64,000 nt of DNA. Source: Podarcis pityusensis. Taxonomy: Eukaryota. A program made the translations under genes and the position numbers. Location: assembly GCA_964106645.2 (NCBI GenBank), contig OZ067038.1, one strand, 5' to 3'. Numbering within the stretch: the stretch's first letter is position 1; each line of letters starts with the position of its first letter. The notes beneath the pieces are model-generated. The model saw nothing but the letters and a program-made list of their open reading frames with translations. It did not search any database and had not been told where the DNA came from. This document shows, piece after piece, positions 51,784-64,000 of the stretch.

Positions 51784-51871
51784 GAAAAACTGGACGACTT
51801 CTTGGCTTGTTCTCACCGGTCAGAAAATAGAATTTTACAAGGAATCCAAGCAGGCAGCCGCGGCCAATCTG
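51784..51871 (+). CDS. ARHGAP15: ARHGAP15 coding exon 5 (PH domain)
   Basis: tttaaag|G...CTG|gtaagc; 88 nt; (R)KNWTTSWLVLTGQKIEFYKESKQAAAANL; phase compatible with exon 4. Confidence 0.95.
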
Positions 51872-52123
51872 GTAAGCAGCTCACTTTCTTACGCCTTTTT
51901 CTTTTTCAGAAATGTTGTTGAACATAAAGTTTGGCATCATAAAAGAGCACAGAACTATTAAGCCTTAGACTTCTAAGATCTGATGTAAGAAAATGACTCA
52001 ATAAACTTTTAATCAGATGAGAGAGGAGGGGAAATAGAACTCAGCATATCTTTTATTAAGAGGTGCTTTTTGAAAATAATTGCAAAGTGAGACGGATGGT
52101 GAGTGGCTCTCCAGTAATGTGGA

Positions 52124-52435
52124 GGTAACACTTTAAATTAAGGTGCCAGTTATAAATGCTTTATTCTTATTTATGAAATGATCTCTAAATGCAACTACTT
52201 CCTCAAATAATGTATTATAAAGTATGTTATAAAATGCATTAGTAATAAATGCTTAACAGATGAGGCGATGAGAATCTGTTACAAAGGATATTATAAGACG
52301 TAAATTGTATTAAACCCTGTGTATGCATCTTTAATACATGAATTTAAGTTGCTATTGAGCTTGCTGTAAAGTGACTTGCATATCATAAATAATAATAAAG
52401 TAGTTATAAATGGCACCTTAATATAGGGTGTTACC
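52124..52435. mobile_element. AT-rich palindromic MITE with long TIRs (probably PIF/Harbinger-type)
   Basis: Left end GGTAACACTTTAAATTAAGGTGCCAGTTATAA; right-end reverse complement GGTAACACCCTATATTAAGGTGCCATTTATAA. Inverted similarity extends about 60 bp, with central TAACAGAT...ATCTGTTA. Confidence 0.75.
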
Positions 52436-55400
52436 AAAGAGCAAAACACTGTAAGTTAGCAAAGTGATTTTTATCTTCATATAAATGTGACATATTCTAC
52501 ATCTGGCTAACATTTCCTGAATATTCCTTATGACTCTATCTAATATAGTTAATGCACCTCAAAGTAGAATTCAGTATACTTTTGGGGAGGAAAAGTTCCT
52601 TGAGGGGAGCCCTTCGATTGTAGCCTTCAGATATGTGACAGATATGTTGTACAAATAATCACGGCATGTTTCCCTTCAGTGCTAGCTGCTGCTGAGATTG
52701 AGCCTCCTCTACTCTGGACTCCGGAAAAACAGAGAAATCCATAAATTAGTGACACTATAGACTGAACAGGGAAAGGTTTGACAGAGCCCTATTGTGATGG
52801 CTTCCCAAGGCTTGATCAAACCTGCCATACCGTATTGGTTTGATGGGTGACCAAAAAGGTGCACTATATGACAGGAGTCAGAAACAATAAATAAATTTAG
52901 ATATGTTAGGTGATATGGAGCCCCCTGCTTGTTTCCTTGCTTTTTATTAGTTTGACCATTGGAACTGTGAGCTATAGGGAAGCTTGTCCTTCTCCTTCAA
53001 TGGTTCATTATGGGAATGAAGGAGAAAATGTGTTGTATATCTCTTGCTGGTAATATGATAGGCTTTTATGCTGCAGTGATAACATAGTATGTTTCCATTT
53101 TCAAACAAAATGTGTATCAAGTGAAAATGGACTGGAACCTGAAGTTATACTGTCACACGTTTGTTCATAAGATTCACATTATATTCTTAAATAACACTTG
53201 CCATATTAATTATGAATTTGCAGTTCCAGTACTCAGAATTCAAGATTGCTGCCTGGATCCTAAAATCCTTGGATTATTTAGATTGCACAGCAATCACAAA
53301 TTGTGATCATCAAGCTGATACACAGGCCACAGAAGTCCTGCATTATGGCATTCCAGTTGCTTAATTGTGCTCCTTTTGCAGTCCAAAAGTGGGCTGTGTA
53401 GTTTATCTATTTTGGTGTTTTGAGTGCCAGAGTATGGCTGGAGGGGCAAAATGATCCTCAAAAGTCTTCTTTTATTTCTGCGTGTTTGTTCTCTGATTGG
53501 CAGCTACTTTGGTCCTGATGGAGTTGTTTGCAGATTGGAGACGTCTTCAGGAGATGATGGAGAAAAATGCTTTGTTTAGAGGAAGCAGTTTAAATCCAAG
53601 TGGGGAAATGTTCCATTCAAAGAAAGTGATTTGAATCCGAACTGGTTCCTCCAAACAGAGTTTACCCCCCCCCCCCTTTGCAGAGATCTGTAGTAGTTCT
53701 AGCCACCTGTCACAGTTGAGTTGGGGGAATGAGGGATTTGGCCTGTTGGCCAAATCCAATTCCTCACCCTGATTTAAAGTACCTCTAGTGGATACTCCAG
53801 TGGTTGTCTTATCATCATCAGCCACAGAGAAACAAAAAGGGCAGGAGCTTAAGGACAGATTGAGTTAGCCCCCAGGAACCTGAATCTGTGGCCCATACAG
53901 GCATTTTTTAGTAACTCAGTCTTTGCAAAGGAGTTTTTGGAACTGCTGGTGGCTCTTAGGACCAACCCTTCATTTAGTATCTTCCAGGTGACTGCTAGGA
54001 CTGGCCGCTAATGCTGTGGTGGGATGCACACTAGCGATGCCAATGGAAGGTGGACCCAGGGTCTCAACTGAGACCGGCAGGCTCATCTTTTCAAGAAGTA
54101 AGCTTTTCAAACAGTCTGATTTCATTCCTTGGTGAAAATAAAAGAAAGCCACAGCACATCCTTCCTTTCAGAACAACAGTTCAAGGGAATCTACCAGTTT
54201 CAGGTCTAAGTAGCAATGTTCCAAGTCCACTAAGTCTTAATCTAGATCCTCCAGAGGAGCATCATCATCCCCAAAAGGCAACTAGCCCCACCCCAGCAAC
54301 TGATGCCAAATTGATCAACTTCCTCAGTCACGTTGAAGACCCTTTTCAGGCTTCACAATGAAGTTGTTGTCCACCACCATGAATGCATGGGTCAGAAAGG
54401 CAGGTTCAAAAAGGTTTGTCAAGAGGCCAAGGAACAGGTTTAGGGCTTAACCAAAGTCCAGATGTAGGAGGAAACATGGATTGAAGGTGCAAACCTTCCT
54501 TTCCAATAGCACCTCCCTGTGGTACAGCCCATTAAATCTGGTACTTTTGGTATTTTGAGAAGTGGCTTCTTATGCACCACAAGCAGCCGCAAATGGAACA
54601 TAAACTTGGGAAAGGGCCAGTCAATGCACAAATGTGCTTGGGCATGCAAATAGGCCAGTTTGGCTGTTGTGGTTTTATTATTGTTATTATTATTTTCTAA
54701 GGGAATAGAAATGAAGGCACTGTTCAATCAACAGATAATAAAAAATGGTCAGATCATAGGATCCAGCCTTTGCCACAAAACAATGAACTCATTATATTAT
54801 TTCATTAATGTCTAAATTATCCCATTGCTAAAGTACAGCTGCTCAGAACTCCCCCCCCCCCCCAATGCCTAACAATCTGAAAAAAAAGTTCTTTACCAGA
54901 AGGAGTCTATGGAGGCAAGCTTATTTGTTTCTGATGCAGCTAATGTGATGTTTGCAGCAAACCATTCATCCTACTGTAATTTTTGATAGGAGCAAAGGAA
55001 GCAAATGTACACATGTGATTTCATTAAAAATTATTTGTTTACTGATTTTACTTTCAAGTATTGTTTACTTTAGAGAACTGAAGAATTCAACCATTAATTA
55101 AATACCGTAATATTCATTCATTGTGGTATGAATTTAATAACACAGCAATCTTATTTTGGGCATGAAAATTATGCAATTTATTACAAAGATGGATATGTTC
55201 TTAATAATCAGGAATTAATGAATTAATACATTTATGTTTTAAGTACTGGGTATAAATTGATCGTTTCTTTTAAAAATGAAACAAAAAAATGAAGCAAAAT
55301 ATTTCAGTGCAACAGTTCCATTCCAACAATATAGAGGGAGAAATAAAAGTGCATTCCAATAGACCTTCATACCCTTACATATATGCAGTTACATTTGGAA

Positions 55401-58149
55401 ATAGCAAGAAACAAAACTGGACTGAGTTAATCATTACTAGTTTTTAAATAACAATGTCCTTATATATTTCAGAAGATATCCAAGTATGATAAAGCAACAT
55501 ATAGACCAAGGTTGCTTCCAAATGGAGCCATAGTATTACAAACTGCTCATTGAATCAATAAATTGAAACTCCGTAATCTGGCTGAAGTGTGTTGTCTGTC
55601 AGAACCTCATGAGTACATTAGGACTATCTAGAATCATTTAAGCCCTGGCTTGTGATACCATTTGCACTGCCAGGTCCTAGCAGCTTGCTCTTGGAGGTTT
55701 CTTTATCATGCAGGGAACCTACCTAAGTATAAAAGGCTCCCTGCTGGAGAAGTTAAGCCCCCAATATGTGTGTGAGTGAGAGATACGGACATGCAGGAGG
55801 AGGCAGGTCCAATGGACTCATCCCTAGTCTCCCCTTGTACAATTATAATTGAGGGCAGGGAGAAAGAAGAACTATTGAATAGGGTCTACATTTGACATTG
55901 CACGTGTGCAACTCTGCTAAACATCATAGATGTATAAAATAAAGTGGTGTGCATTGCGGACAGGCAGTGCCTCTAAAATGTGTATTGCAGACTCATTGAA
56001 TTTTGCCTTCCTTTCAATTGTGTATTCTTCAGTTTTTTTCATCAATTGCTCTGACTGTAGTATAAAAATACTCTACTACTGTGTATCCTTCAGATTCAGT
56101 TGTCAGCAACATTCTATAAGGGAAATGTCTTTTTAAACACATTTCCGTTTTGACATAAAATTCTAGTCCACTATACAGTATACATTTTTCTCCCGCCAGA
56201 TAGTTTATTCAGAACAGAGGGTATCTTACCTCAGGTTATTAGCCCTTCTGCACACTAATTTACTGAGTGAAGATGCCTTCCAAATCCATATGCATGGAGA
56301 ATAAGATTTCATTGTAACAGGCACTTGTAGCAATTTACAGGCACAGTCCCTTCCAATGGCTTTGATGTAACATAATTGGTCTGACTGAAGAACCCAAAGC
56401 AAGGACATTTGAGTGTTGGAGGGAGTCCTCATGATAGCTTTTACTCACGCTACTGGAGGAAGTGTGTAGGATTCCTATGAATTTCATAAAGCAGAGGAAA
56501 GACGAAGATGTTTTAAATGCTTTGGATGTGTGTGTTCTTTTCAGTACTGGATACTGACAAATTAAACACGCCCCCCGCCCAGATGTCTCTCTTTAGTTTA
56601 TACATTCAATATAACATTCTGGTAGGCTCTGGGGCAGGTGAGGGTGTTTTAGTCTGTCCATTCAGGTGATCATGGTAAAGAAAGGACAGTGAGAAGGATT
56701 CATAAGAAACACAAAGACATTCTGGATTTCTTGGTCGGTTCAAGGAGCTGGGTAACAGGTGGAGGCATATATGTTAATTGTTGCAGTTGGGTGGGAATGG
56801 AAAGGCTCAATCATGAATGATAGCAGGAAGGATGCAGAACTGTCAGTTCCAATACAAAACAGCAACATCTCATTTTTCAAAGGGTACTTTGCACATCTGA
56901 GCTGCTTCTGCATGCAGTTTCCTTTGCCAACTTACACAGAGCTAGATCAGTCTTTCCCAGTCCTTCCTGGAGATGGTAAGGACTGAAACGGAGACCTTCT
57001 TCCAAAACATGAGCTCTGCTACCAAGCTATAGCCCTTCCTCAATGTGAATTTCTGCTCACACAACCAAATTGGTGTGATCGCTTGTGGGCTGAGCAGCAC
57101 TGGACTTAATTTAGCTTCTGGTGGAACCATGTGATGGTTTCACCATGGAATGATTGGTTCCCCCCCCCCCATGAAAAAAGAGTTTGCCACCACTTCAAGT
57201 GGATAGGCTTCCTTCAGCAACCTCTGAAGGCATTCTACTCTAATTTGGGACTCAATGCCATACAGGAAAAGTGCTGCATCACAGTGTAGTGTATTTCTCA
57301 GAGACCTCCTTGTAGGGCAGGGATGACTGTTACAAATATTTCCACCCCACAAAATACACTATCCTTGTTTAATAATCATTTGCTCAAAGGAGAGAGCATT
57401 TGCTTATGCATTCCAGCAAAGTTGACAGATTTCAAAGGAGATCCAAAGTTTATCCTTCTGTTGTTACAACTGTGATCCACCTACCTCATTGTGGTAACTA
57501 ATGTGCTGTCCATTAACTTTAAAACACCAATTATTTTTTTCTGTGTTATCGGTGTAAAGAAAGATTTGAAGTAACCAGATTAGAGTTGTTCAATTGAAAA
57601 TAGATTTTTAATTTCATGTAATACTAAGGCATCTGAAAAACAACAACAACATTCCTAGGAACCCTGTAACTTCCTTTCTTTTTATTCTAAAAAAGCATGA
57701 TGCTCAATGTTTTTAATTAAGGGTGTCTGAAGGAACTCACTGCAAAGGACTTAAACAGAGGGGGAAAGACAAAACTTTTAAACATTAAACAGCAGTACAC
57801 AAATAAGATTTTATATAAATGATATTATTTACATATGTGTCAAAATGTAATAAAACAGAGCACCGCCTTCCACAAATTCTACCTTCCTGGTTGTGCCTTT
57901 CTGATGCTTGGTTGCTATGCTGGTTGGAGGGGAAATGGCCTCTTTCTGTTCACCTTGGCTGGACAGCAGCTTCCTCAAAAGGGTTGGCACTCAGGAACTG
58001 AAACTTACAGCCCTTTCTAACATAAAAACAAACAACAAACCATCAGCAAACAAGGAACTCATGGTGCTAGGGAAATCAATAACTCATTTTAAAGCACTAC
58101 TAACCTGTTCCTAAGTGTTCAGGGCCTTACAGAAAGGCATTATCTAAAT

Positions 58150-58457
58150 CAGGCATGTCCAACCAGTAGATCGTGATCTACCAGTAGATCTCCGGCTGAT
58201 CCTGGTAGATTGCGGGACCCTTATTGATCATGGGATTAAATAAAGTTTACCGAAAGTTAACAAAGAAAAGCTGGATATCTTTGGGCAATCCTACCCCAAA
58301 AAACTCAACAACTCTGGGCAGTCCTCCGCAAAAAAAACAAAAAACAATTTTGGGCAATCCACACACACCCTCTTCCTCCAATGACAATGGGTATATCACT
58401 GCCAGTTTTTTTTATACTGGGAGTAGATTGCAGTCTCCTGGAAGTTTGATGTGCCTG
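58150..58457. mobile_element. hAT-type MITE with an internal short tandem array
   Basis: TIRs CAGGCATGTCCAAC / GTTTGATGTGCCTG; degenerate 8-bp TSD ATCTAAAT / GCTTAAAT; subterminal GTAGATC motifs; three TGGGCA(A/G)TCC-headed units at about 58280-58370. Confidence 0.7.
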
Positions 58458-58808
58458 GCTTAAATGGTACTGAGGCAATGAACTAATTGCCCATAATAGT
58501 GGCTGTTCCTTACCTGAGCTGTCCCACTGAGTAGGCACAGCCTGGTTAAAGTACTATACACCACCTCTAAGTTTTTAGAAACAAGCTTTGCATAGATAAT
58601 TGAATTCTTAAGGTACCAACATTCATTTTTCTAGTAGTCTATCCCTCAGGAAGTGGAAGTGTTTCTAATTCTGATATTAGGAGTAGGCTCATACTGTATA
58701 TGGAAATTTGTACTGGAGTATTCAGATGATAGTAGTTTCCCTAGCCAATCTTTTCTGATTTTATCTGAAAAAGTTTGCTATAACTAATTCTCATTTTTTT
58801 GTCAACAG

Positions 58809-58898
58809 AAAGCAGGGTATAAACCTGAATGGGTGGACTTGTGTGGAGCTCACATCGAATGGACTAAAGACAAGTCTAGCAAAAAGAATGTTTTCCAG
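58809..58898 (+). CDS. ARHGAP15: ARHGAP15 coding exon 6 (PH domain); gene continues beyond the window
   Basis: tcaacag|AAA...CAG|gtagga; 90 nt; KAGYKPEWVDLCGAHIEWTKDKSSKKNVFQ. Confidence 0.95.
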
Positions 58899-59485
58899 GT
58901 AGGAGATGGTTTATTATTGCCCTATCATTATTTGGCAATTTCATCATTAAAAACAAAGCAAAAAACTAAACATACCAGAGTTCCTTTCCATGCACAGTAT
59001 AGAGTGTGCAGTGGCAATGCTTGTACTTTGTTAAGGCAATTGGAACACGTAACATTTTATTCACTCTTTCCTGTATTTTCCCACCCCCCTGGCCTGAAGT
59101 GTCTTGATGATTGAATCAGCTGAAAACCCTTGAGAACCTGTTGATTTGCTGATTAATGTGCCAGGTTCAATTTGTTTTTAAAAGTTGGTAGGTAATTTGT
59201 TTTTGGTTTAAGACTGGGATCCTTGACCTAGTGAACTCCTGTAAACAGAACTTTCACACGCTGCTTACATAAGCTATATTCCCAACTGAGTGGAATTTGC
59301 CTGTTTATTTTTATTATTTCTTAGGGCTTTAATGACAGGTTCATTCCAGAGCAAAGACGGCACAGGGATGGGGAGGTAAAAAAGCAACAACTCTGCATCT
59401 CTTAGAGCCAGCTCAATCAGCTATGCATTTATTCCAAAGTCAGATAATTTTAATGAATGTAAATAAAGTTTTATAGTAATGCTTA

Positions 59486-59723
59486 TAAAGGTAAAGGGAC
59501 CCCTGACCATTAGGTCCAGTTGTGGACGACTCTGGGGTTGCTCGCTCATCTCATTTTATTGGCTGAGGTAGCCGGCATACAGCTTCCAGGTCATGTTGCC
59601 AGCATGACTAAGCTGCTTCTGGCGAACCAGAGCAGCGCACGAAAACGCCGTTTACCTTCCCGCCGGAGCAGTACCTATTTATCTACTTGCACTTCGTGCT
59701 TTCAAACTGCTGGGTTGGCAGGA
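59486..59723 (-). mobile_element. Sauria SINE, 5'-truncated (subfamily B)
   Basis: TAAAGGTAAAGGGACCCCTGACCATTAGGTCCAG...; TSD AGTAATGCTTATA / AGTGATGCTTATA. Confidence 0.9.
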
Positions 59724-60159
59724 TAAGTGATGCTTATACGCTGATGCTAAAGAAGTTGGGTTGTAGTCAACATAGCGCGAAGCAAAATGTTCTACCAGCA
59801 CAATGTGCAATGAAGCATTCTCCTTTTCTCTCACACCCATTACATCTGTTCTGGGTGTTCCCCCAACCCTCCAGAGCAGATGTGGAGATGGCGCAAGGTG
59901 TGGGTGGATGGAGAGTAAATGCTATTGGGCTATCACAACTATTTAGTTGATTACTCTCCGTTGATCACAAAGGTGCTGCCTTATGAGTAACAGTGATGTA
60001 GATTTCAGCCTTACAGCATCATCCTATGCACAGAAGATTGCTGCCTCAGTTGTCAGGGCCAGCTTCAAGGGGCTGCTCCCATGAGGGTGAGCCCACTTAG
60101 GATTCCTTGACGCCTCCTCGTATACTTCCCTCATAATTTGGCTAGATTTATGTGTAAGC

Positions 60160-60514
60160 GACGCGGGTGGCGCTGTGGGTAAAAGCCTCAGTGCCTAGGA
60201 CTTCCCGATTGTCAGGTCGGCGGTTCGAATCCCCGCGGCGGGGTGCGCTCCCGTCACTCGGTCCCAGCGCCTGCCAACCTAGCAGTTCGAAAGCACCCCC
60301 GGGTGCAAGTAGATAAATAGGGACCGCTTACTAGCGGGAAGGTAAACGGCGTTCCGTGTGCTGCGCTGGCTCGCCAGATGCAGCTTGTCACGCTGGCCAC
60401 GTGACCTGGACGTGTCTGTGGACAGCGCTGGCTCCCGGCCTATAGAGTGAGATGAGCGCACACCCCTAGAGTATGTCAAGACTGGCCCGTACGGGCAGGG
60501 GTACCTTTACCTTT
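60160..60514 (+). mobile_element. Sauria SINE, essentially full length (subfamily A), young
   Basis: tRNA-like head GACGCGGGTGGCGCTGTGG...GGTTCGAATCCC; (ACCTTT)n tail; CpG-rich; perfect 13-bp TSD TTTATGTGTAAGC at 60147-60159 and 60515-60527. Confidence 0.95.
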
Positions 60515-60639
60515 TTTATGTGTAAGCACCTGCTAAAAAAACAACTAGCTTGCAAGCATTGGGTGACGCTCCCAGCCAACTGGATGCTGTGCTGAGTGGT
60601 CAGCTGGGCTAAGTAGATGGCCATGCCCCACCCCCACCA

Positions 60640-60972
60640 AACAACAGCAACAACAACAACAACAACAATATATTATTGATACCCCGCCCATCTGGCTGGG
60701 TTTCCCCAGCCACTCTGGGCGGCTCCCAACCGAATATTAAAAACACAATATAGCATTAAACATTAAAAACTTCCCTAAACAGGGCTGCCTTCAGATGTCT
60801 TTTTGAAAAATAAGATAGTTGCTTATTGCCTTGACATCTGAAGGGAGGGCGTTCCACAGGGCAGGCGCCACTACCGAGAAGGCCCTCTGCCTAGTTCCCT
60901 GTAACCTCACTTCTCGCAGTGAGGGAACCGTCAGAAGGCCCTCGGAGCTGGACCTCAGTGTCCGGGCTGAAC
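60640..60972 (-). mobile_element. L2-clade LINE 3' fragment with (TTG)n tail
   Basis: ARTLRSSSEGLLTVPSLREVRLQGTRQRAFSVVAPALWNALP (L2 ORF2 C-terminal RAFS.AP.LWN.LP motif), then 3' UTR and (AAC)n on the + strand. Confidence 0.9.
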
Positions 60973-62192
60973 AGTGTCCCAGGGCTGCAGTGGATTGGTT
61001 CATTTGAAGGATGACTTAGGCGGGAACCCGTGAGCCTCCGTGGTAGCAGGGAAACAATCTAAAATGGCACTGCACATCTGGGGGAGAGAGGAGGCACTGC
61101 GTTGGGCTGCAACCTCTGCTTGCCGGCAAGATGGTAAGCAGCCATTCTGTACCAAGTTTCCCACTGGTAGAAGCAAATGGGATGCATGCCTGTTCATGGG
61201 ATGGCAGGCATTGCGTTGTTGTTGTTGTATCATTATTCAATGCCATTGTGGTCCTCTGCCACACCTTGAAGTATTTATCAAGACCTATTGTCTTGTGAAT
61301 GCTTAATTTTCTTGACAAAGGAGAACATGAAAGCAGAAAGTTGTTTGAAGCAGCTTCACAGGATCCTATGAGCACACGGTGCAATTTGCAGCTGGGTATC
61401 GTCTCCGTCTCCCTGGCAAACTGACACGTTACACTAGGTCTTCATCAGAAGAGTTGCGAATAAAAGAAGATTTATGTTCAAATCACATGCTTTAAACATT
61501 TCCGCTAAGTGCTAGTTTGCTCTTTGGTGTTGAGCCTGAAATTTAAAGCAGTGGGGATTAAAAGGATTACAACATAATCTTAAATAATCCTAAGTGTCAT
61601 TTACAGAGAGATGGTTGTAATAACTAAATAAAACCATGTTAAGGGATGGCAGTGTTGTCAGTCAGCAACTGAAACTGTGTCTCCAATTGCCCTATCGTCC
61701 TCTCTCCTTTATCAACTCCAATTTTACGTTGGATAGGTACAGCTTGATGGGAGCTGCTGCTGAAGAAAGTAATGACACAACGGAGTGTTTTGCAGTCAGT
61801 GCTAATATGGTTACCGAAGCATTAGTAACTAGATTAGTTTTCTAAAAATCATCTCAAGGTTCAGTGTTTCATGCTTGTGGTACAACTTTCCTCTGAAACA
61901 GCTTAGCTTTTTCTCCTATTTCAGTCTTGCTGTTTGTTTCTTGCAACGTAAAAGTCAATCAGCATATTCTGAATTTAGCATTCTAATAGGACGGTGGGGG
62001 AGAAAAGGGCTGAATATGTTTCACCTTGGCATCAATTCATTTGAAGACTATCCAAGTGTACTGGGGGAATGTTGCTTACAAATAGGGCTAACACAAGATT
62101 TCAGGGGGTCCTTGGTATAGTGACACCAATGCCCACTGCCATCCCATCAACCAGGGCAGGGCCTATTAATAGTCTTAGCCCTAAAGGTTCTG

Positions 62193-62555
62193 TAAAGGTA
62201 AAGGTACCCCTGACCGTTAGGTCCAGTCGCGGACGACTCTGGGGTTGCGCGCTCATCTCGCTCTATAGGCTAAGGGAGCCGGTGTTTGTCCACAGACAGC
62301 TTCCGGGTCATGTGGCCAGCATGACTAAGCCACTTCTGGCGAACCAGAGCAGCGCACGGAAACGCCGTTTACCTTCCCGCCGGAGCGGTACCTATTTATC
62401 TACTTGCACTTTGAGATGTTTTCGAAATGCTAGGTGGTCAGGAGCTGGGATCGAACAACGGGAGCTCACCCTGTCGCAGGGATTCGAACCGCCGACCTTC
62501 TGATTGGCAAGCCCAAGAGGCTCAGTGGTTTAGACCACAGCGCCACCTGCATCCC
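62193..62555 (-). mobile_element. Sauria SINE, full length (subfamily B-like)
   Basis: Reverse complement starts GGGATGCAGGTGGCGCTGTGG, has B box GGTTCGAATCCC and (ACCTTT)n tail; short TSD CTGTA. Confidence 0.93.
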
Positions 62556-64000
62556 TGTAGATCTATACAATCCCTATGTTCCAGATAGTGCACGTTATAG
62601 ATGTATTGGGCAGGATAGTGCCTCCTTCCTAGCACTGAACTGACTTTAGAAGCTCAGCCAGGAGGATGGTGAGTGGCAGGTTGCAAGTGCAGTGCCAGTA
62701 GGGGGCTTTGTGAGCCCCTGGCACCTTCAGCCTGTGCCTGACCTGGTTGACCTCTGGTATCATGTCTGCCTACAAGTTACTGCTACACTAAACATTTCTT
62801 TCGTACCAACAGTGTGATTTGCAGTGTACAGAACAATGATACAAGGCATTCCTTACCCAAGGACGATACCTTATGTACAATCTTTTGCCTGGGAATTAGT
62901 AGCATAAATTCTATTTATGATATATGTTGTATTGGATCCAAACGAGAGGGTTGGATCAAGAGGTGCCCTTCCATTCACAAGTCTAATCCAATATACTAGG
63001 ATACATATTTGTATGTGAATAAAAGGTGACGTTGACGAGTTGTGTTGGTGACCATTGAGGCAATTCCCTATTTTATTTATTAATCCATTCAGGACATTTT
63101 GTTTCACTTGAGAAGATATTAGGTTATATTCCATGTGTACATTGTTTTGAAGATTAGCTTTTCTGAACCTTTTCCAACTGTGATTGGCTGGTCAGAACCA
63201 CACACAGTATTCCAGATGCTTCATAGAAACATAGGAAACTGCCTTATATACAGTCACAGAGCATATAGGTAGTGAGTCAGACTTGCAAGTGTTAGCTGAC
63301 TCTATTAGGCTATATATCAGAACCAAGGATTATTGATTTGGACAAGTCCACTACAGCACACTTTAAAAGCTTCTGCTTAAAGAGAAGCATTGAACAAAAT
63401 GTTAGGGAAACTTGTCTGTCTGTTAAAGAGGAATGCCAGGGTCATTGGTCATCTTGAAACTCTTGCATGAAGTTTATGTATGATTTACTGCTATTTATTA
63501 TGGCAAAGTGGAATACTAGAGTGAAAAGTATACAAGACCAGGGGCTGTTATGCAGTTCTGTTACCTAGATGTTGAATTGTATTCCTATTAAGAGAGAAGG
63601 AAGCAATTTCAAGAGAGAGGGTGAAATCTGTATGAAATGTGCTGCAATGGCTGAGACTTGGAATTTAAGGCACATTTATTAAGCTGCCTATATAACAACG
63701 TAAAAACCCTTGGGGCAGTGGAATCCATTGCCTGAGTAGATTCTTCCACATGGTTTGGAGGGATAGTAATATTGCTTTTAGGAGGTGAGAGGGAATGTAT
63801 TTAGAATAGAATGCATGGTATAGTAGCAAAGAGATATGCCCCAGAGAATATTCAAACTGATCAGTCAATTGAATGTTCTCTAATGACACATGAACTGCTT
63901 TAAAGTGGCTGAGTATTGCATCTTTATGTGCAGCCCAGCTGATATCAAACAACAGATGCTTAGAGCTTTAGTACAAAAGTTATTTTAAATTTTGCATTAT

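Noticed and set aside
58833-59114. 93-aa ORF as a standalone gene (likewise 10548-10790)
   Set aside because: These are ARHGAP15 exons read through into intron; true boundaries are set by the splice sites.
60160-60240. tRNA-like sequences as functional tRNA genes (also 20600-20673 and 11490-11563)
   Set aside because: They are SINE heads attached to SINE bodies and tails, without proper acceptor stems.

Overview
Vertebrate nuclear DNA, most likely from a lacertid lizard, judging by the Sauria SINE, Squam3-type SINE, BovB, CR1 and L2 repertoire. The window holds the 5' part of ARHGAP15 on the + strand. Five coding exons (10605-10769, 42299-42373, 46041-46099, 51784-51871, 58809-58898) splice in frame into the N-terminus and most of the PH domain. 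A likely non-coding first exon with an ETS/RUNX-type promoter lies near 6.0-6.2 kb. The rest is long intron with many retroelements and MITEs, plus two assembly gaps. Most ORF-track entries are chance or TE-derived. The main candidate discovery is a degraded, intronless minus-strand coding relic in intron 3 (about 42770-43530). Its translation shows collinear motif matches to bornavirus nucleoprotein, so it may be an endogenous viral element; this is unconfirmed. Other leads: inverted SINE/MITE pairs flanking exons whose back-spliced exon 2-6 circle would be a stop-free 492-nt ORF, a recursive-splice motif at exon 4, a 5S/Deu (AmnSINE-like) relic, a long palindromic MITE, and a compensatory stem change between two Sauria SINE subfamilies. 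All family assignments come from recalled consensus sequences; no searches were run.
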